A stretch of DNA of 64,000 bases from Acidobacteriota bacterium (GTDB lineage: Bacteria > Acidobacteriota > UBA6911 > RPQK01). A model generated the notes under the pieces. It ran no database searches, was not told the origin of the DNA, and was given only the letters and a program-made list of their open reading frames with translations. The stretch lies in assembly GCA_041946865.1 (NCBI GenBank), contig JBHGBF010000042.1, positions 31-64,030 on the forward strand. Reading direction: 5' to 3'. Each line of letters opens with the position of its first letter. Position 1 is the first letter of the stretch. Shown here piece by piece: positions 18,590-28,305 of the stretch. The translations under genes were made by a program, and so were the position numbers.

Positions 18590-21500
18590 ATGGTCAGGAT
18601 CCCGGGATTCCACGTCGCCGAGAAGCTGGGCGAAGGCCCTCAGTCGGTTGTCTACAGGGGATTTGAAAGGACCGCTCCAGACCGCCCTCTGGCCCTGAAA
18701 GTCTTTAAGACGACCTCGCTTTCCGAAGGCCAGCATGCCCGTTTCCGGCAAAAAGTCGAGCATCTGAAGTTGCTACGCGATCCTTTGCTGATCAGTCCGC
18801 TCGCGTTCGAGGTGAAGGGCGGCGTCCGGTTCCTGGTACAAGAGTACTTCGACGGCCTGCCTGTGGATGAGTGGGCTTGCCGGCAGGTTTCCGTCTCGCT
18901 GGGCGATTTCTTCCGGATTGCTTGCCAGCTTGCGGCTGCGCTCGACAGAGTGCATGAGGCCGGCATCGTCCACGGCGGAGTGAAGCCGCACAACATCCTG
19001 GTCCAGCCTGCGACGCTCGATATCCGGCTGACCGGATTTGTCACGCCGCTTGACGCGCGCGACGTCAGTCACTTCATCTACGACCCCTCCTATGTTCGAG
19101 GCACGCTCGCCTACACCTCGCCCGAGCAGACGGGCCGTATCCATCATGTCGTGGGCTTTTCGTCCGACCTGTACTCGCTGGGGATTGTTTTCTACGAGCT
19201 GCTGACCGGGAAGCTGCCATTCACCTCGACCGACCCGCTGGCGTTGATTCACCAGCACCTGGCGGAGGAGGCGGCGCCCGTGCGCGTGGTCAAGCCGGAC
19301 GTCCCGGTCACACTGGGCACGATCGTGGCCCGACTGACGCTCAAGCAACCTGAGAAGCGTTACCAGAGCGCCCGCGGCCTGCTGGCCGACCTGGTGCGCT
19401 GCCGCACGGAGTGGGAGGTCGGCCGCTCGATCGGCCGCTTTCCGCTTGCTACCCAGGACCGCAGCCGGCGCCTCGTCTTCATCTCGAAGATGGTCGGACG
19501 TGATCGCGAAGCGCAGGCCGTCCTCGATGCCTTCGAGCCGGTGACACGGGGTGAATTTCGCTCCGTCTTCATCTCAGGGATGCCCGGGATCGGCAAGACC
19601 CGCCTCATTCAGGAGCTGCAGCAGCCGATCATTCGGCACCGGGGCTACTTCACCTCCGGAAAATTCGATATTTACCAGAGGAACATCCCTTACAGCTCAA
19701 TCATCGAGGCTCTGCGCAACCTGATACGGACATTCCTCACCGAGGGGCAGGAGCGGGTGCTTGCCTGGCGGCGACGGATTCTTGATGCCGTGGGGAAGAA
19801 CGGGCGGGTCCTGACCGACGTGATTCCGGAGCTGGAAAGGTTGATCGGCCCTCAGCCGGCAGTGCAGCCGCTGCCTCCAGTCGAGTCTCGAAACCGCTTC
19901 CACAACCTGTTCGACCGCTTCCTCGGGTGTCTGGCCAGCAAAGATTCTCCGTTGACCCTCTTTATCGACGACCTGCAATGGTGTGATGTCGCCTCGTTCG
20001 ACTTCCTGGCCACCGTTTTCGCGAACGCGGAAGAGCACCCCGGCCTGATGCTGCTCGGCGCTTATCGCCACAACGAAGTCGACTCGAGCCACCCGCTGGC
20101 CAAGCTGATAGCCAAGGTGAAGAATGCGGGCGGGTACCTCGACGAGATTCGTGTGCAGCCGCTTGATGCGAGGTGCTGTCACGAGATGGTGTCATACGTC
20201 CTCGACGCGCCGCTTTCTCACACCGAGGCGCTGGCCGATTTTCTCGTGGACTTGACCGAAGGCAACCCGCTCTTCGTCAGCGAGAGCCTCTCCTACCTTT
20301 ACAACGAAGACCTGCTCTGCGTGGACGAGGATCTCCAGTGGCGCTGGGAGCTTGACCGCATCCGCGGCTCCAACATGCCCTCGAGCGTGGTGGCGCTCTT
20401 CAGCTCCAAGATCTCCAAACTGCCGCCCGAGACGGTGGACATGCTCGAAACCTGCGCCTGCATGGGCAACACGGTCAAACCCGAAGATCTGGCCAAGGTT
20501 CGTGACCTGGCCCTCGGGGAGGTCTTTGAACGCCTCAAGCCGTGTCTTGGCCAGGGACTGATGATCGAGAACAGGGGGCAGTTCCAGTTCGTCCACGACC
20601 GTGTCCAGGAGGCGGTTCTTAGCGCCATCGCGCCGGAGCGACGCCGGACCATCCACTGGGATATCGGGCAACGGCTGCTTGAGGCGGCGCTGCGGGAGAC
20701 CGGCTGGGAGGCAGTCGACAACCTGTTCGCCATTGCCTCGCATTTGAACCTGGGGCGGCCTGACGTGCTCAGCCCGGAACAGAATCGCCGCCTGGCCGAG
20801 GTGAACTTTCAGGCAGGTGAAAAAGCTCTCAACTCGCTCGCGACCGAGGCGGCCAACGAGTTTTTTGCAACCAGCCGAGGTTTTTTGCCCGCAGACTCCT
20901 GGGAGAAGGACTACGAGCAAACCTTCAGAATATTCAAGAAAGCCGCACGCACCGAGCTGATGTGTGGACATCCCGACCGGTCGGATGCGCTGCTCGACCA
21001 GCTTCTCCAGCATGCGCGCACCGATCTCGACAAAGCCGAGTGCCTGGCCGATCAGACGACCTCGCTCTCCTCGATCGGCAACTTCGCAAAGGCGATCGAG
21101 ACCGGGAACCTGGGCCTCGCGCTGTTCGGTAAAGCCATACCGGAGGATCCTGAAGAAGCAGACAGGAAACGCAGTGAGCTGACCGCCGAGATTCGGTCGA
21201 AAGGAGACATCTGGCAGACCATCCTTGGGATGCCCTGCAGCTCGGACCGAAAAAGCAAGATCGAGCTGGCATTCTACAGCGAGCTGGTTCCAGACCTCTA
21301 TCTTGCCGGCCGGGTGGGGCAGTTGTACCTCACGGCCGCGCAGGCGACCGCACATTGCCTGTCCGGGAGCATGGACGATTCAGTGATATACGCCTTTTGC
21401 GCCCTGGGCCTCATGCATGCAGAACGCGAGGAATTCGAGCTTTCCTTCAAGTACGAGGACCTGGTGCGAGGCCTGTCTGCGCGATTCCCGAACACCTTCG

Positions 21501-24500
21501 GCGCCAGCCGCGGCCTGAATGGAAACGCCTGGGTCCTCACCCACACGAGAGGCACTGCCGAAGAGCTGGCTGATATCTGCCTCCAGGCGCAGCAATCCGG
21601 CAAGAACTGCGGCGACCTTTACACCGCCGGAATCTCTTACGCCCCGCTGATGTGGACACTTCAGATTCAAGGCGCCGATTTCGGCGGCATCGAGACCTAC
21701 GCCGAGGAGTGCCGGCGTTTCTCTGCACGTTACAATCTGCCGTTCTCGGACGGCCTGGCCGAGGCCATGCAGGTTGGCTGGCTCGCTCCCATGAAGAAGG
21801 GCTACGAGCCGGTCCCGATGGAGGAGCGCGTGGCGAAGTGGGAGAGAGACAACCACCTGGCGGCGGCCGGCAGCTACTTCCTCCACCTGGCGCTCAGCCA
21901 CTATTATTTTGGTGAGCATGAGGAGGCGGCGCAGGCGCTGGCGGCCACGAAGCGCTACTTCTCCGCCCTATCGGAGAGCCTCATCAAGCGCGAGTGGCAT
22001 GTCTTTCAAGCTCTGAACGAGCTCAGGCTGCACGAACGGCGCCTTGGTCATCCCGAGGGCGGCGCATCGGCCGTTGACCACGACCCAGTGCTCGGGGAAA
22101 TCGCACCGCTTGTCGCCAAGATTGAGAACTGGGCCGAGCTGGGGCCGCTGTGGCGCCCCTACCTGGCCTTCCTGCGGGCGGAACGCGCAAGGGTAACGGG
22201 GCAGCGGGAGCGTGCCCGCACGCTTTTTCTCAATGCCATTGAGAGCGCGCACGAGGCAGGATACACGTTCCTCGAGGGACACCTCAACGAATGCCTCGGT
22301 GAGCTGCAGGTCGCGCGAGGACGCGGTTCAGCACGCCCCTTCTTCCTCGAGGCCGCACGGCTGTACCGCCGTTGCCGGGCCGAACGCAAGGAACTGCGGC
22401 TCATCGAGCTTCACCCGGAGTTCTTTGAGGAGGAAACCTTTGTCCCCGTGCCCGCCGAGGCTCCGGAACAGGCCCCTTACGCCCTGCCGGATCTCGATGT
22501 CGGGTACCTGATGCGTTCCGCCCTGGCGATCTCCGCGGAAATCGAACAGGAAGCGTTGTTCCAGCGAATCATGCGGACTGTGATTGAGAGCTCCGGCGCT
22601 CAGCACGGCTACCTGCTCCTCGCCGACGGCGACCAGCTGCGGGTCCGGGCGGAAAGCCACGCGGGCGACGTCGAACCCGTGCGAACCGGCGAGCACAGAC
22701 TGGAGGACTGCTCCGGCATCTGCAAGGCGATCGTCAGGTACGTGTTTCGCACTGGTGAACGGCTGGTTCTGGCCGATGCCATCAACGACGGCGATTTCAA
22801 GGACAATACCGAAGTCCGCGCGCTCAGCCTGCGGTCGGTGTTCTGCCTTCCGATTGTGAAGCAGGCGCGGACCATCGGTGTCCTCTACCTTGAAAACCGC
22901 CTTGCGCCGCACATGTTCACGCCCACGGGGACGCAGACGACCGAGCTCCTGACCGCGCAGGCAGCGATCTCGCTGGAAAACGCCCGGCTTCTCGAGGAGA
23001 TGAAGCGTGCTGATGAGACCCTGACCCGGGAACGTGAAAACCTGGCCGTCACGCTTCACAGCATTGGAGACGCCGTGATCGCCACTGATACGGGTAGTCG
23101 GGTCGTGATGCTTAACCGCGTAGCAGAAGAGCTGACGGGCTGGCCGCAGTCTGAAGCTTTCGGCAGAGCCCTGGCTGACGTCTTCTGCATTGTCAACGAG
23201 GGCACCGGGGTACCCGCGGAGGACCCGGTTCGCAAGGTGCTCGAGTCGGGTCACATCATAGGTTTGGCGAACCACACTGCACTGGTGTCCAGGGACGGGA
23301 AGCGCATCTCGATCGCCGACAGCGCCGCACCGATCCGGGGCGCCGGCGGCCGGATACTTGGTGTTGTCCTGGTATTTCGCGACGTCACCGAGTCCCGCCT
23401 CGCCGAAGAGGCCCTGCGTCAGCGCGAGCTTGAGCTGAGTGAGCTGAACCGTACGCTGGAGCAGAGGGTGCGGGACCGGACGGCCGAGCTAGACAAGGCC
23501 AACCGGACTTTGAGAATGGTGTCTGAATGCAACCAGGCGTTAGTCCGGATCACGGAGGAGGAAGAGCTGGTCAAAAGGATCAGTCGCCTGGTGGTAGAAA
23601 TGGGCGGATACCGCATGGCATGGGTCGGCTACGTCCAATTCGACTCGGCTGGCGCTCTTTCGGTGCACCCCGTAGCCAGTCATGGCGCCGAAGAGGGTTT
23701 GCTCCGGCTCTGCCCGGGTACCTGGACGGATGGCGCCGACGGCTGTAGCCCCACTGGAGATTGCGTCCGCTCGGCCCGTCCCAGGGTCGTGCCCGCTCTC
23801 TCCGACTGCCCCGCCGCATGCGCGTCGCGAGCTGAGGCGTTGCGGAAAGGGTTCGGTTCTCTGGTGGCCCTGCCTCTAACGGCGGGAGGCAGTTCGTTCG
23901 GCGCGTTGACGATCTTCTCAGAAAAGCGGGATGCATTCGATGCCCCGCAGGTGATGCTCCTGGAGGAGTTGGCCGCGGACCTGGCCTTCGGGATCACCGC
24001 ACTGCGGGCCAAGGCTGAGCGCGATCACGCCTACCGGATCGCCGACAACCGAGCGAATCAGCTCAGAGCGCTTGCGTCGGAGCTGGTTCAAACCGAACAA
24101 CGGGAACGCCAACGCCTGGCCAAGATTCTCCACGATCACCTTCAGCAGCTTCTGGTCGCGGCCAAGTTCTCGATCGGTTCCCTGGCTCGCAACGATGCTG
24201 TCCGAGAAGCCTGCCAACAAGTGACAGACGTGCTGGATCAGGCGATACAGGCCTCGCGATCGCTAACCGCGGAGCTCAGCCCGCCCGTCCTTCAGGAAAA
24301 GGGCCTGGCCGCAGGACTGGAATGGCTCGCACGCGACATGTGCGAGAAGCACGGCCTGAAAGTCAGCGTTCAGGCGGATTCGACTGCAGCCCCGCTCGAT
24401 CCGCCTCTCCGGATTTTCCTTTTTGAGACGGTCCGCGAGCTCCTGTTCAACATTGTGAAGCACGCACAGGTGGATGCAGCGTGCGTCCGGTGCGAGCGGA

Positions 24501-25156
24501 CCGACACCCAAGTCATAATCCGGGTCGAGGATGGAGGCGCCGGATTTGACCCCGCGATGCTGGACGACGGGAAGGGCTTCGGTTTGTTAAGCATCAGGGA
24601 GAGGACCAGCTATCTCGGCGGACATCTGACCGTTGAAAGCACTCCCGGATGGGGGAGCCGGTTTACCTTGGTTGTGCCTCTGGCGCTGGCAAATGCCACG
24701 CACGTGCCCCTCGATGAATCAGCTTTTGTTGAGGGACAGGCGGCAAAGCACATCAGCTCGGCACCGGCCGCGGGGACCGAGGACCGGAAAATCCGCGTCC
24801 TGCTGGTGGACGATCACCCGGTCATGCGCCAGGGTCTGGGACGGCTGCTGGAAGACTACCCGGATATCCTGGTGGCAGGCGAGGCCAGCAATGGCAAGGC
24901 AGGAGTTGAACTGGCACGCGACCTTCGCCCCGATGTCGTGGTGATGGATATCAGCATGCCGGTCATGGACGGCATCGCAGCCACCCAGGTGATCTGCAGA
25001 GAACTGCCGGAGATTGCCGTTATCGGATTGTCAATGCACGAGGATCCGATCATGGAGTCCGCCATTCGGGCCGCCGGTGCCGTCGCCTTCGTTACGAAGG
25101 GAGGGCCCTCCGATTGTCTGGTCGCCGCGATCCACGCGGCGGTCCGCCGGGGATGA
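18590..25156 (+). CDS. Giant multidomain signalling protein: Ser/Thr-kinase-like (predicted pseudokinase) - P-loop NTPase - TPR - GAF - PAS - GAF - HisKA_3/HATPase histidine kinase - receiver
   Basis: The N-terminal kinase-like domain has a Gly loop 'GEGPQSVVY', beta3 Lys 'LALKVFK' and an APE-like 'TSPEQ'. Its catalytic loop reads 'HGGVKPHN' instead of HRDxKPxN, and 'TGFV' replaces DFG. Downstream are Walker A 'GMPGIGKT', a TPR-like region, a GAF-PAS-GAF core and H-box 'ILHDHLQQL' (HisKA_3). N/G boxes 'NIVKHA' and 'DGGAGFD' are present. A C-terminal REC domain follows ('LLVDDHP', 'VVVMDISMP'). Confidence 0.8.
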   Translation: MVRIPGFHVAEKLGEGPQSVVYRGFERTAPDRPLALKVFKTTSLSEGQHARFRQKVEHLKLLRDPLLISPLAFEVKGGVRFLVQEYFDGLPVDEWACRQVSVSLGDFFRIACQLAAALDRVHEAGIVHGGVKPHNILVQPATLDIRLTGFVTPLDARDVSHFIYDPSYVRGTLAYTSPEQTGRIHHVVGFSSDLYSLGIVFYELLTGKLPFTSTDPLALIHQHLAEEAAPVRVVKPDVPVTLGTIVARLTLKQPEKRYQSARGLLADLVRCRTEWEVGRSIGRFPLATQDRSRRLVFISKMVGRDREAQAVLDAFEPVTRGEFRSVFISGMPGIGKTRLIQELQQPIIRHRGYFTSGKFDIYQRNIPYSSIIEALRNLIRTFLTEGQERVLAWRRRILDAVGKNGRVLTDVIPELERLIGPQPAVQPLPPVESRNRFHNLFDRFLGCLASKDSPLTLFIDDLQWCDVASFDFLATVFANAEEHPGLMLLGAYRHNEVDSSHPLAKLIAKVKNAGGYLDEIRVQPLDARCCHEMVSYVLDAPLSHTEALADFLVDLTEGNPLFVSESLSYLYNEDLLCVDEDLQWRWELDRIRGSNMPSSVVALFSSKISKLPPETVDMLETCACMGNTVKPEDLAKVRDLALGEVFERLKPCLGQGLMIENRGQFQFVHDRVQEAVLSAIAPERRRTIHWDIGQRLLEAALRETGWEAVDNLFAIASHLNLGRPDVLSPEQNRRLAEVNFQAGEKALNSLATEAANEFFATSRGFLPADSWEKDYEQTFRIFKKAARTELMCGHPDRSDALLDQLLQHARTDLDKAECLADQTTSLSSIGNFAKAIETGNLGLALFGKAIPEDPEEADRKRSELTAEIRSKGDIWQTILGMPCSSDRKSKIELAFYSELVPDLYLAGRVGQLYLTAAQATAHCLSGSMDDSVIYAFCALGLMHAEREEFELSFKYEDLVRGLSARFPNTFGASRGLNGNAWVLTHTRGTAEELADICLQAQQSGKNCGDLYTAGISYAPLMWTLQIQGADFGGIETYAEECRRFSARYNLPFSDGLAEAMQVGWLAPMKKGYEPVPMEERVAKWERDNHLAAAGSYFLHLALSHYYFGEHEEAAQALAATKRYFSALSESLIKREWHVFQALNELRLHERRLGHPEGGASAVDHDPVLGEIAPLVAKIENWAELGPLWRPYLAFLRAERARVTGQRERARTLFLNAIESAHEAGYTFLEGHLNECLGELQVARGRGSARPFFLEAARLYRRCRAERKELRLIELHPEFFEEETFVPVPAEAPEQAPYALPDLDVGYLMRSALAISAEIEQEALFQRIMRTVIESSGAQHGYLLLADGDQLRVRAESHAGDVEPVRTGEHRLEDCSGICKAIVRYVFRTGERLVLADAINDGDFKDNTEVRALSLRSVFCLPIVKQARTIGVLYLENRLAPHMFTPTGTQTTELLTAQAAISLENARLLEEMKRADETLTRERENLAVTLHSIGDAVIATDTGSRVVMLNRVAEELTGWPQSEAFGRALADVFCIVNEGTGVPAEDPVRKVLESGHIIGLANHTALVSRDGKRISIADSAAPIRGAGGRILGVVLVFRDVTESRLAEEALRQRELELSELNRTLEQRVRDRTAELDKANRTLRMVSECNQALVRITEEEELVKRISRLVVEMGGYRMAWVGYVQFDSAGALSVHPVASHGAEEGLLRLCPGTWTDGADGCSPTGDCVRSARPRVVPALSDCPAACASRAEALRKGFGSLVALPLTAGGSSFGALTIFSEKRDAFDAPQVMLLEELAADLAFGITALRAKAERDHAYRIADNRANQLRALASELVQTEQRERQRLAKILHDHLQQLLVAAKFSIGSLARNDAVREACQQVTDVLDQAIQASRSLTAELSPPVLQEKGLAAGLEWLARDMCEKHGLKVSVQADSTAAPLDPPLRIFLFETVRELLFNIVKHAQVDAACVRCERTDTQVIIRVEDGGAGFDPAMLDDGKGFGLLSIRERTSYLGGHLTVESTPGWGSRFTLVVPLALANATHVPLDESAFVEGQAAKHISSAPAAGTEDRKIRVLLVDDHPVMRQGLGRLLEDYPDILVAGEASNGKAGVELARDLRPDVVVMDISMPVMDGIAATQVICRELPEIAVIGLSMHEDPIMESAIRAAGAVAFVTKGGPSDCLVAAIHAAVRRG

Positions 25157-25192
25157 ACAAACGGGCTGAGGCCAGATTCTGTTTGTAGTGTT

Positions 25193-26467
25193 TCAGCCCA
25201 CCGGATGGGCCGGCCGGATCACGGTCTCACGCATTGCTACCGCGACCACCACGCCGGAGGCGAGGGTCAGGAGCGCTACTGTCACAATGGCCCAGCGGAC
25301 ACCCAGAAGGTCGGCAGTAACCCCCGCGATCAGAGCCCCGAAAGCATAGCCGCTGTCACGCCAAAGCCGGTAAACGCCGACCGCGGAAGCGCGCCACTCT
25401 GGATGCGCGACGTCTCCGATCGCCGCCAATAGCGTCGGATAGACCATGGCGGTTCCCAGCCCCAACAGGATTGAGCCTGCCAGCCAGAGTTTGAAGCCTG
25501 GGCTGGCAGCGATCAGCAAGATGGCCGCCCCCTGGAGCCACATTCCTCCCGCGATGAGCCTTTTGCGGCCCGTCCGGTCGGACAGAGCGCCGGTCGCCAA
25601 CTGGGCGACCCCCCAAACCGCAGGGTAGGCCGCAGCCAACAGGCCGATTCGTTCGACGGACAGGTCGGCTGCCGCAAAGTACAGCGGGAAGAGACCCCAG
25701 GCCATCCCGTCGTTCAAGTTGTTGATCATGCCCGCCTGGCTGACGGCAAAAAGCGTCCTGTCCTTCCACGTCGTCAAGGCGAAGACACGGGCGAAGGACT
25801 CGGTTTCAGCGGGTCGAGCGCCTGCCGCACGGGATTCATGGCGGGCGTGCCCGCGCGATTCCCTGACAAAGAGGGCTGAAAGCAGCAGACCTCCCAGGGC
25901 CAGAATCAAACCCAGGTAGAACGGCACCGGCCGTAAGCCGTAAGCGCCGGCCAGGAACCCTGAGGCCAGGGCGGCAACCGACACCGCGAGGTATCCCGCC
26001 GCCTCGTTGAGCCCCATTGCCAGGCCTCGTCTCTCCGGGCCCACCAGGTCGATTTTCATGATCACGGTCGTCGACCAGCACAGTCCCTGGTTGATGCCCA
26101 ACAGCACGTTTGCCGCGATGATCCAGTTCCAGGAAGGGGCGAACATGAGCAGCAGCGGAACGGGGATACCCGCAAGCCACCCGGCAATAAGGATACTTTT
26201 GCGGCCAAGCAGGTCGCTGATTCGGCCGGCCAGCAGATTCGCGAAGGCTTTCACCAGCCCGAAGGTCACGATGAACGAGAGCGCGGCAGCCTTCGACGCC
26301 AGGCCGAGCTCCTGCTCAGCGATCAGCGGCAGAATGGCTCTTTCAATACCTACCATTCCGCCTACGAACCCGTTCACCAGAACGAGCAGCGTGAACTGCC
26401 TCCAGTTGGCTCGTAATCCCAGCCGTATTGGTTCTCGAAGAGTCAGCTCCTGACCGAGCGGCCGCAC
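25193..26467 (-). CDS. MFS transporter
   Basis: 424 aa with ~12 predicted transmembrane segments and the MFS-type 'GRISDLLGRK' loop motif. Confidence 0.75.
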   Translation of the reverse strand: MRPLGQELTLREPIRLGLRANWRQFTLLVLVNGFVGGMVGIERAILPLIAEQELGLASKAAALSFIVTFGLVKAFANLLAGRISDLLGRKSILIAGWLAGIPVPLLLMFAPSWNWIIAANVLLGINQGLCWSTTVIMKIDLVGPERRGLAMGLNEAAGYLAVSVAALASGFLAGAYGLRPVPFYLGLILALGGLLLSALFVRESRGHARHESRAAGARPAETESFARVFALTTWKDRTLFAVSQAGMINNLNDGMAWGLFPLYFAAADLSVERIGLLAAAYPAVWGVAQLATGALSDRTGRKRLIAGGMWLQGAAILLIAASPGFKLWLAGSILLGLGTAMVYPTLLAAIGDVAHPEWRASAVGVYRLWRDSGYAFGALIAGVTADLLGVRWAIVTVALLTLASGVVVAVAMRETVIRPAHPVG

Positions 26468-26680
26468 AGCAATTGGCTCCAGCCTCTGGCCCGGTTTCTG
26501 GACGAAGGAGGCGTGCCGGCGACTCCTTTGAAAAAAATCCGGGCTAGTTGGATTGCATCCTCTTTGTCCATTATTTCACAGCATGACGAGAGCCGAGCTG
26601 GGCGTGCCTCGCCCCCAACGCCCCTTGTCCCCTGGCGTAAGTGCAGCTGATGATCCGCTTATGGACGGATGGCCGGGATC

Positions 26681-27973
26681 TCAAGAGCCAGCCCCTGCGC
26701 TTCGGCTGGACGCCTCCGTCGTCGACGCGGGCGAGCCCGAACCGGGCTCAGCGGTAAGGATGTCGCGGCCGAAAACTGCGAAGGCCGCAGTGCCGACCAG
26801 GCCGAAAACGAAGGCCGTGAGCAGGTTGGTCCGGGGGCTGATCTGCCACAGAAAAGCGCCGCCAAAAGCGGCCAGGAAGACGACCATGTCGCGCACCAGG
26901 TAATAGAGCCCGAACATCCCGGCTTTGCCATCCTCAGGAGAGAGATCGAGAATCAGCGACTTGCGCGTCGGCTCGCCGAACTCTTTCAGACCTCGAAGGA
27001 TGAAGGCCCCAATCAGCCACTCGAGTGAGCGGCTGTAGAGAAGGGCCAGCGGAAACAGAGTAAAAAAGCCAAACGTGATGAGGACAAAAGGCTTTTTGGC
27101 GCTGCGGTCGGCCAGGTAAGCAACCGGTATGTAAACCAGGACGGCGGTCGCCATTTCTACCGTGGTCAGAAGGCCAAACTGCACGGCGGTCACCGGCTCG
27201 GCTATGGTTTTCATGCACCAGACTACGACGAAAGCGTACGGTATTTGCTCGCAGAACCGGATGAGAATGTCGGAAAGCAGAAGCTGCTTGAGGCCGGGGC
27301 TCATCCGCCTCCACAACCTCCAGACCCCGGGGTTCGAATAGGGAGACCGGGCGCCTGCTCCGTCGCCGGTCACCATCCATTGCTGCAGGAACAGGGCGAT
27401 GACCGCCATGCCCAGAGCGCCCGCAAAGGCCATGCGAACACCCTCCCGCTCTCCCCAGGCGCTGATGCACAGACCTCCAATCACCGGACCCAGCGCCATG
27501 GGAATGCGTCGGACCAGAGAATGCATGCTCACTCCCATGGTGCGTTTGTTCTTGGGAAGCACCCCGTAAAGCAAGCTCATGGTCGCCGGCAAGGACAGCG
27601 CCGACCATGAGATAAAGAGCACAGCGCCGGCCAGCACTGCCTGCCACGCCGGGATCAGAATCACCAGGGCAAAGCCGGCAATGGCTGCCAGGTTGAAGAT
27701 CGCCAGGGACCGCCTGGCGCCGATCCGGTCGGACAGGTAGCCCCCGGGAAAGGAGTAAAGCGCCGAGAGCAGGTTATCCATTGCCTGCAGCAGGCCGATG
27801 GCCAGAGCCCCTCCGCCGACGGCCAGTATGTAGACGGGCAGAAAGCGCTCAGCCATTCGCTCGCCCATGTCGACCAGCACCACCATGATCAGGAGCCCTG
27901 CGGTGCTGCGTTGCAGCGCGAGAAAGCCTGTAATCCGGGAAACACGGTCCGCCGGAATTTCAGGGACTGCCAT
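26681..27973 (-). CDS. MFS transporter
   Basis: 430 aa, polytopic, with the MFS loop motif 'GYLSDRIGARR'. Confidence 0.75.
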   Translation of the reverse strand: MAVPEIPADRVSRITGFLALQRSTAGLLIMVVLVDMGERMAERFLPVYILAVGGGALAIGLLQAMDNLLSALYSFPGGYLSDRIGARRSLAIFNLAAIAGFALVILIPAWQAVLAGAVLFISWSALSLPATMSLLYGVLPKNKRTMGVSMHSLVRRIPMALGPVIGGLCISAWGEREGVRMAFAGALGMAVIALFLQQWMVTGDGAGARSPYSNPGVWRLWRRMSPGLKQLLLSDILIRFCEQIPYAFVVVWCMKTIAEPVTAVQFGLLTTVEMATAVLVYIPVAYLADRSAKKPFVLITFGFFTLFPLALLYSRSLEWLIGAFILRGLKEFGEPTRKSLILDLSPEDGKAGMFGLYYLVRDMVVFLAAFGGAFLWQISPRTNLLTAFVFGLVGTAAFAVFGRDILTAEPGSGSPASTTEASSRSAGAGS

Positions 27974-28080
27974 TTCTCCTCCGGGCTTTGGCTGTCATTG
28001 ATCTCCCCATGGGAGGGCGGCTCTATTATCGCATGCCGGGTCAGTCTGGGGGCCCTTGGAGGCGCGACAACGACTCGTCC

Positions 28081-28237
28081 CCCGAAGTAATGCCTCACTC
28101 TTGTTTGTAGTGCCGCCTTCAGGCGGGCTTTTTCGAACCGTAACCGCTCTCAGTGGTCAACCGCGGTTCGAAAAAGCCCGCCTGAAGGCGGCACTACAAA
28201 CAAGAGTGAGGCATTGGCCCCCGAAGTAACCGCTCAG
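28081..28237. repeat. Palindromic REP/MITE-like element, copy A (full length)
   Basis: A perfect ~52-bp inverted repeat ('aatgcctcactcttgtttgtagtgccgccttcaggcgggctttttcgaaccg' and its reverse complement) around a loop. It ends in 'gtaaccgctcag'. Each arm contains a GC hairpin followed by T5. Confidence 0.75.
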
Positions 28238-28305
28238 TTTTCTGCGAGCGAAGCGGCAGGCGCTTTTGGAGTTCATCATGCCATGGATGGTTCGGCCAGA
28301 GGACG

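Noticed and set aside
20192-23275. 387-aa and 315-aa minus-strand ORFs within the giant signalling gene
   Set aside because: Antisense to a continuous, domain-rich 2188-aa ORF. Their composition (R/G/P/A-rich) is non-protein-like.
25157-25192. Hairpin gggctga…tcagccc between the convergent giant gene and MFS gene, sharing the 12-mer 'tgtttgtagtg' with repeat copies A/B
   Set aside because: Probably a convergent terminator-like structure. The 12-mer match is too short to claim another element copy without a genome-wide search.
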